A DNA stretch of 64,000 nt. Origin: an uncultured Jatrophihabitantaceae bacterium. GTDB taxonomy: Bacteria; Actinomycetota; Actinomycetes; Mycobacteriales; Jatrophihabitantaceae. Below are positions 60,773-64,000 of this stretch, one piece after another. The position numbers and the translations under genes were made by a program. Position 1 is the stretch's first letter. Each line of letters starts with the position of its first letter. The DNA is taken from assembly GCA_964236495.1 (NCBI GenBank), contig CAXSBR010000002.1, forward strand, positions 54,471 through 118,470. The letters run 5' to 3'. Under the pieces are notes generated by a model. The model saw nothing but the letters and a program-made list of their open reading frames with translations, was not told the DNA's origin and ran no database searches.

Positions 60773-61345
60773 ATGCCGCTCGAGGCCTCCGACAGGTTGC
60801 TACGACGTCCGCGGCGCGTGCTCGTCGCCGGCACGTCGGGCGCCGGCAAGACGACCCTCGCGGCGCGGCTCGAACAGGTGCTGGGGATTCCGCACGTGGA
60901 GATAGACGCCCTGTACCACGGACCCGGTTGGACGCCGCGCCCGTCCTTCACCGGCGAGGTGGAAACCTTCAGCGCTCGGCCCACCTGGGTGACTGAATGG
61001 CAGTACAGCTCAGCGCGCGCCCTACTGGCCGAACGGGCGGACCTGCTCGTGTGGCTGGACCTACCTCGCGCGAGGGTGCTGCGGCAGGTAGTCGCCCGCA
61101 CTGTACGTCGGCGGCTGCGACGGCAGAAGCTGTGGAACGGCAATGTCGAACCGCCGCTGTGGACGGTCTTCACCAACCCTGAGCACATCGTCCGCTGGGC
61201 GTGGACCACGCACGCCGGCAGTGCCCAGCGGATAGCCGCTCTCACTGCGCAGCGACCGGACCTGACCATCGTCCGGCTACGCAGCTGGCACGAGGTGCAG
61301 CGGTGGCTGGACGGCCCGGTGCGTGACGCCGCTGCCGTCGCTTGA
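60773..61345 (+). CDS. P-loop NTPase, adenylate-kinase-like (FlaR / topology-modulation-like) protein
   Basis: 190 aa with the Walker A motif VAGTSGAGKTTLA and a size typical of small nucleotide/nucleoside kinase-like proteins. Confidence 0.7.
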   Translation: MPLEASDRLLRRPRRVLVAGTSGAGKTTLAARLEQVLGIPHVEIDALYHGPGWTPRPSFTGEVETFSARPTWVTEWQYSSARALLAERADLLVWLDLPRARVLRQVVARTVRRRLRRQKLWNGNVEPPLWTVFTNPEHIVRWAWTTHAGSAQRIAALTAQRPDLTIVRLRSWHEVQRWLDGPVRDAAAVA

Positions 61346-61361
61346 CCTTGTGGTGGATGAC

Positions 61362-61878
61362 CTACTGGGCCGTCGTCGCACACGATCTGGCCATCAGCAG
61401 GGTGTCGCCGTGGTTGGCGTCGGGCTGGACCTGGCCAGTGTCGACGAAGGCCAGCTTGGCCAGAAGGTTTCGCGAGGCAACGTTCCATGCGCGGACGGCC
61501 GCGAACAACCCTTCGTAACCGCTCACAGTTGCCCGTGTCATCACAGCCTGAGCTGCCCAAACACCGGCCGGGCGAGCCGGTCGTCGCCTCCCACCGAGAT
61601 GCACAACTGTGCGTCACGCGCGGTCATGAAGCTGCTCGGGATGCTGCCATCAGGTAGCACGCGGCGCGAGGGCCTCGTCGAAGGCCGGACCGGTGTGCAA
61701 TCCGACGCCCCTTCGACCCGCACCGAGTCGGGGCGACCTCGGGTGCGAACACGCCGAATGAAGCTGACGCGACGGCGCGCTTCCCACGCGACGAAGATTG
61801 AATGGGCCGGTCGATGCGCGTCAATGGGCGAAGTAGTGGCGGGTTCGAAGGCGCAGCGCGGTCGGGCCGGGTTGGCAA
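61362..61878 (-). pseudogene. degenerate GNAT (RimJ/RimL-like) acetyltransferase remnant spread over three frames
   Basis: The N-terminal piece LLRPLTRIDRP is in one frame and the middle piece FMTARDAQLCISVGGDDRLA in a second. The C-terminal piece AAVRAWNVASRNLLAKLAFVDTGQ is in a third frame. The acetyl-CoA loop appears to be deleted. Confidence 0.4.
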
Positions 61879-62306
61879 AACCCGAGGCTTCGGTATAGCG
61901 ACTCGGCCTCCGCGCTGGAGTGCACATCGACTACAGCCGCACCTTGTTCGGTCAGCCAGTCAATGAGAGCAGCATTCGCTGCGCGCGCATGACCCCGACG
62001 TCGATGGGTGCTGCGTGTCGCTACCCATTCGACGTAGCCGGTCGTGACTCCGATCCGGCGGGGGCTCGGAAGACTTTGATGCACGATGCCCACCGCACAC
62101 GCGACCAGTGTCGGCTGCTGCGGGGGCTCAGCACCGTCAACGACGAAGATGCCCACGTCGTGCCACAATCGCGCGGCGAGGTCGTGCATGCACTGGCCAC
62201 GCCATTCCTCGGTCGTGAGTGTGCCCAGTGCGGCGAACATCTGGTCAACCAGCTCGAGCAGAGCCGGCAGATCTTTCTCTTCGGCAGCGCGGGCAGACAG
62301 GGCCAC
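61821..62306 (-). CDS. GNAT family N-acetyltransferase
   Basis: 161 aa with an HRRRGHA (R/Q-x-x-G-x-A) acetyl-CoA motif and a C-terminal YRSLGF. Confidence 0.8.
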   Translation of the reverse strand: MALSARAAEEKDLPALLELVDQMFAALGTLTTEEWRGQCMHDLAARLWHDVGIFVVDGAEPPQQPTLVACAVGIVHQSLPSPRRIGVTTGYVEWVATRSTHRRRGHARAANAALIDWLTEQGAAVVDVHSSAEAESLYRSLGFCQPGPTALRLRTRHYFAH

Positions 62307-62610
62307 GGGCGTAGTGAAGCACGCTTGGGCGGTAAAGCTTTTCCGCAGCCGCGTTACGGGTAGTGATGCTCGGCTAGTGCACGACCTGGGTACGGCTCGC
62401 TCGATGTGCAGACGAGCGTGACATCGCCGACGAGCTCACCCGTCGGCTAGCTGAAGCTCAGCCTGGGCCCGCTCCACGAATGACCGCATCGACGGGAACT
62501 GCACGATGCCCCGCAGCGTGCTGGCGATGGTCGCCGAGGTCGACGGCACCCCCTCCGCATGCGATCGAATGTTGACTCGGTATCACTGAGGCTTCCGTAT
62601 TGTCGTACGT

Positions 62611-63882
62611 GTGTTCTATAGTTTGGGTATGTCCGCAGCCGCCGCTCCGCTTGTCGCCGAGCCTGTCTCGGCGATGCTGCGCCGGTTGTGTGTCGAGCCG
62701 GCCTGCGGGTGGAGCGACGCCGACCTGACCCGGCTGCGTGGGTTGAAGCCGGGCATGCTGGGCCACGACGAGTTGGTCGACCTGGTCGGTGTGTTGGATC
62801 GGCATCGGGCCGCGATCGATGCGGTGCAGGTGGCGGCGTTGGCGGTGTTGGACCGGCGCGACCCGACCGGTTTCCAGGCGGTGCGCGAGGAGGTGGCGTG
62901 CATGCTGCGGATCTCCCCGCCCGCTGCAGGTAAGCGGCTCGCCCACGCCCGTTCCCTCACCGACCGGCTGCCCGCCACGTTCGCCGCCCTCGCCGCGGGG
63001 GACCTGTCCCTGGCGCACGTCGCCGGGCTGGCCCGGATGGCCGCCTGCTGTGACCGTGCCTTGGCCGCGCACGTCGATGCCGTGGTGGTCGCTGACTCGG
63101 CGGGGGCGACCCCGCCGATGCTGGATCGGGCTGTGCACCGGGCTATCGCGGTCGCCGACCCGTGCGGGGTGGCCGATCGGCACGCCGACGCCCTCACCCG
63201 CCGCGACGTACGCGTCTATCCCGAGCCCGACGGGATGGCCACGGTGAGCGTGTACGGCCCCGCCGCCGACATCCACACGATCTACACCCGCCTCGACGCC
63301 GCCACCAGACTCCTGCCCCGCGACGATGCCCGCACGCTGCCGCAGCGCCGGTTCGACCTGTTGGTTGACGGCGTCCTCACCGGCATCCCCGCCGACGGAC
63401 TCCCCACCGTGCAAGGCCGGTCCCCGCAGATCCAGGTCACCATCGCCGCCACCACCCTGCTCAGCCTGAACGACCAGCCCGCCGAGTTAACCGGGTACGG
63501 CCCCCTCGACGCCCCCACCGCCCGGAAGTTAGCTGCGGATCAGACCGGCACGTGGCGGCGGATCGTCACCGACCCAGTCAGCGGGCAGATCCTCGACTAC
63601 GGCCGCACCACCTACCGCCCACCCCACAACCTGACCGACCACATCACCGCCCGCGACCGCACCTGCCGCTTCCCCGGCTGCACTGTCCCCGCACGACGCT
63701 GCGACCTCGACCACGTCCACCCCTGGAACTCCGGCGGCCGAACCAGCACGGCCAACATGACCGCCCTCTGCCGCCGCCACCACCGCCTCAAAACCGAGAA
63801 GATCTGGACATACCAACTACGCGAGGACGCCAGCGCCGACTGGGTCAGCCCAACCGGGCAGCACTACCTCACACGCCTTTAA
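62611..63882 (+). CDS. DUF222 / HNH endonuclease protein (REP13E12-like family)
   Basis: 423 aa with an N-terminal DUF222 pattern. The C-terminal part reads RDRTCRFPGCTVPARRCDLDHVHPW...ALCRRHHRLK, the HNH motif. A low-GC leader (GTGTTCTATAGTTTGGG) lies at the start. Confidence 0.85.
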   Translation: MFYSLGMSAAAAPLVAEPVSAMLRRLCVEPACGWSDADLTRLRGLKPGMLGHDELVDLVGVLDRHRAAIDAVQVAALAVLDRRDPTGFQAVREEVACMLRISPPAAGKRLAHARSLTDRLPATFAALAAGDLSLAHVAGLARMAACCDRALAAHVDAVVVADSAGATPPMLDRAVHRAIAVADPCGVADRHADALTRRDVRVYPEPDGMATVSVYGPAADIHTIYTRLDAATRLLPRDDARTLPQRRFDLLVDGVLTGIPADGLPTVQGRSPQIQVTIAATTLLSLNDQPAELTGYGPLDAPTARKLAADQTGTWRRIVTDPVSGQILDYGRTTYRPPHNLTDHITARDRTCRFPGCTVPARRCDLDHVHPWNSGGRTSTANMTALCRRHHRLKTEKIWTYQLREDASADWVSPTGQHYLTRL

Positions 63883-64000
63883 TCCACTCCGCGCAGTCTG
63901 TCTCCTGCTGCCCAGCACGAACCGAGCGATGCCGACCCGCCGCCGTTCTGAGACAAGGTGAGCGCATCGGCTGCGGCTGGGCGGCTGGGCGGCTGGGCGG

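Overview
Very GC-rich (about 70% by eye, not computed) actinobacterial chromosomal DNA, densely coding on both strands. I call about 60 protein genes. As I recall the Mycobacterium tuberculosis H37Rv map, gene order is colinear with Rv2175c-Rv2220: an Rv2175c-type DNA-binding protein plus a kinase at the PknL position, aroG, an Rv2179c-type exoribonuclease, plsC-like, fadD15, pimB', a RipC-like NlpC/P60, an Rv2191-type DEDD/GIY-YIG nuclease, trpD, ctaE-qcrCAB, ctaC-ctaF, asnB, adoK, erpA, DUF3043, cobT, gcvT, pepA, lpd, dlaT/sucB, lipB, lipA, DUF4191, RDD and glnA. This is therefore a core housekeeping region of a Mycobacteriales-like actinomycete. Lineage-specific additions include a lycopene-cyclase-domain pair, a spermidine-synthase-fold gene, ltaE, pfkA, ROK glucokinase plus an EEP phosphoesterase, an RmlC-like cupin, a solitary PemK/MazF-fold protein, a DoxX-Rieske fusion, an aldo/keto reductase, a second atypical Ser/Thr kinase and an S51 peptidase. 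I saw no rRNA, tRNA, CRISPR array, transposase or prophage. One ydaO-type c-di-AMP riboswitch lies upstream of the NlpC/P60 gene. The least explained signal is structural: at least twelve unrelated short-period tandem repeat arrays (periods 8 to 77 bp) lie in this conserved locus. Several sit exactly at gene boundaries or inside coding sequence, and one 54-bp-period MIRU-like element occurs both in a divergent promoter and in frame inside fadD15. Other points worth a second look are a CobT homologue with eroded catalytic motifs and no cobS, trpD flanked by two small regulatory-domain proteins, and a decaying accessory islet from 59.3 to 63.9 kb (frameshifted APH, GNAT remnant, DUF222/HNH gene). 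I did not find a clearly delimited, previously undescribed multi-gene system. All homology calls come from reading the translated ORFs and from memory of protein families; nothing was searched.
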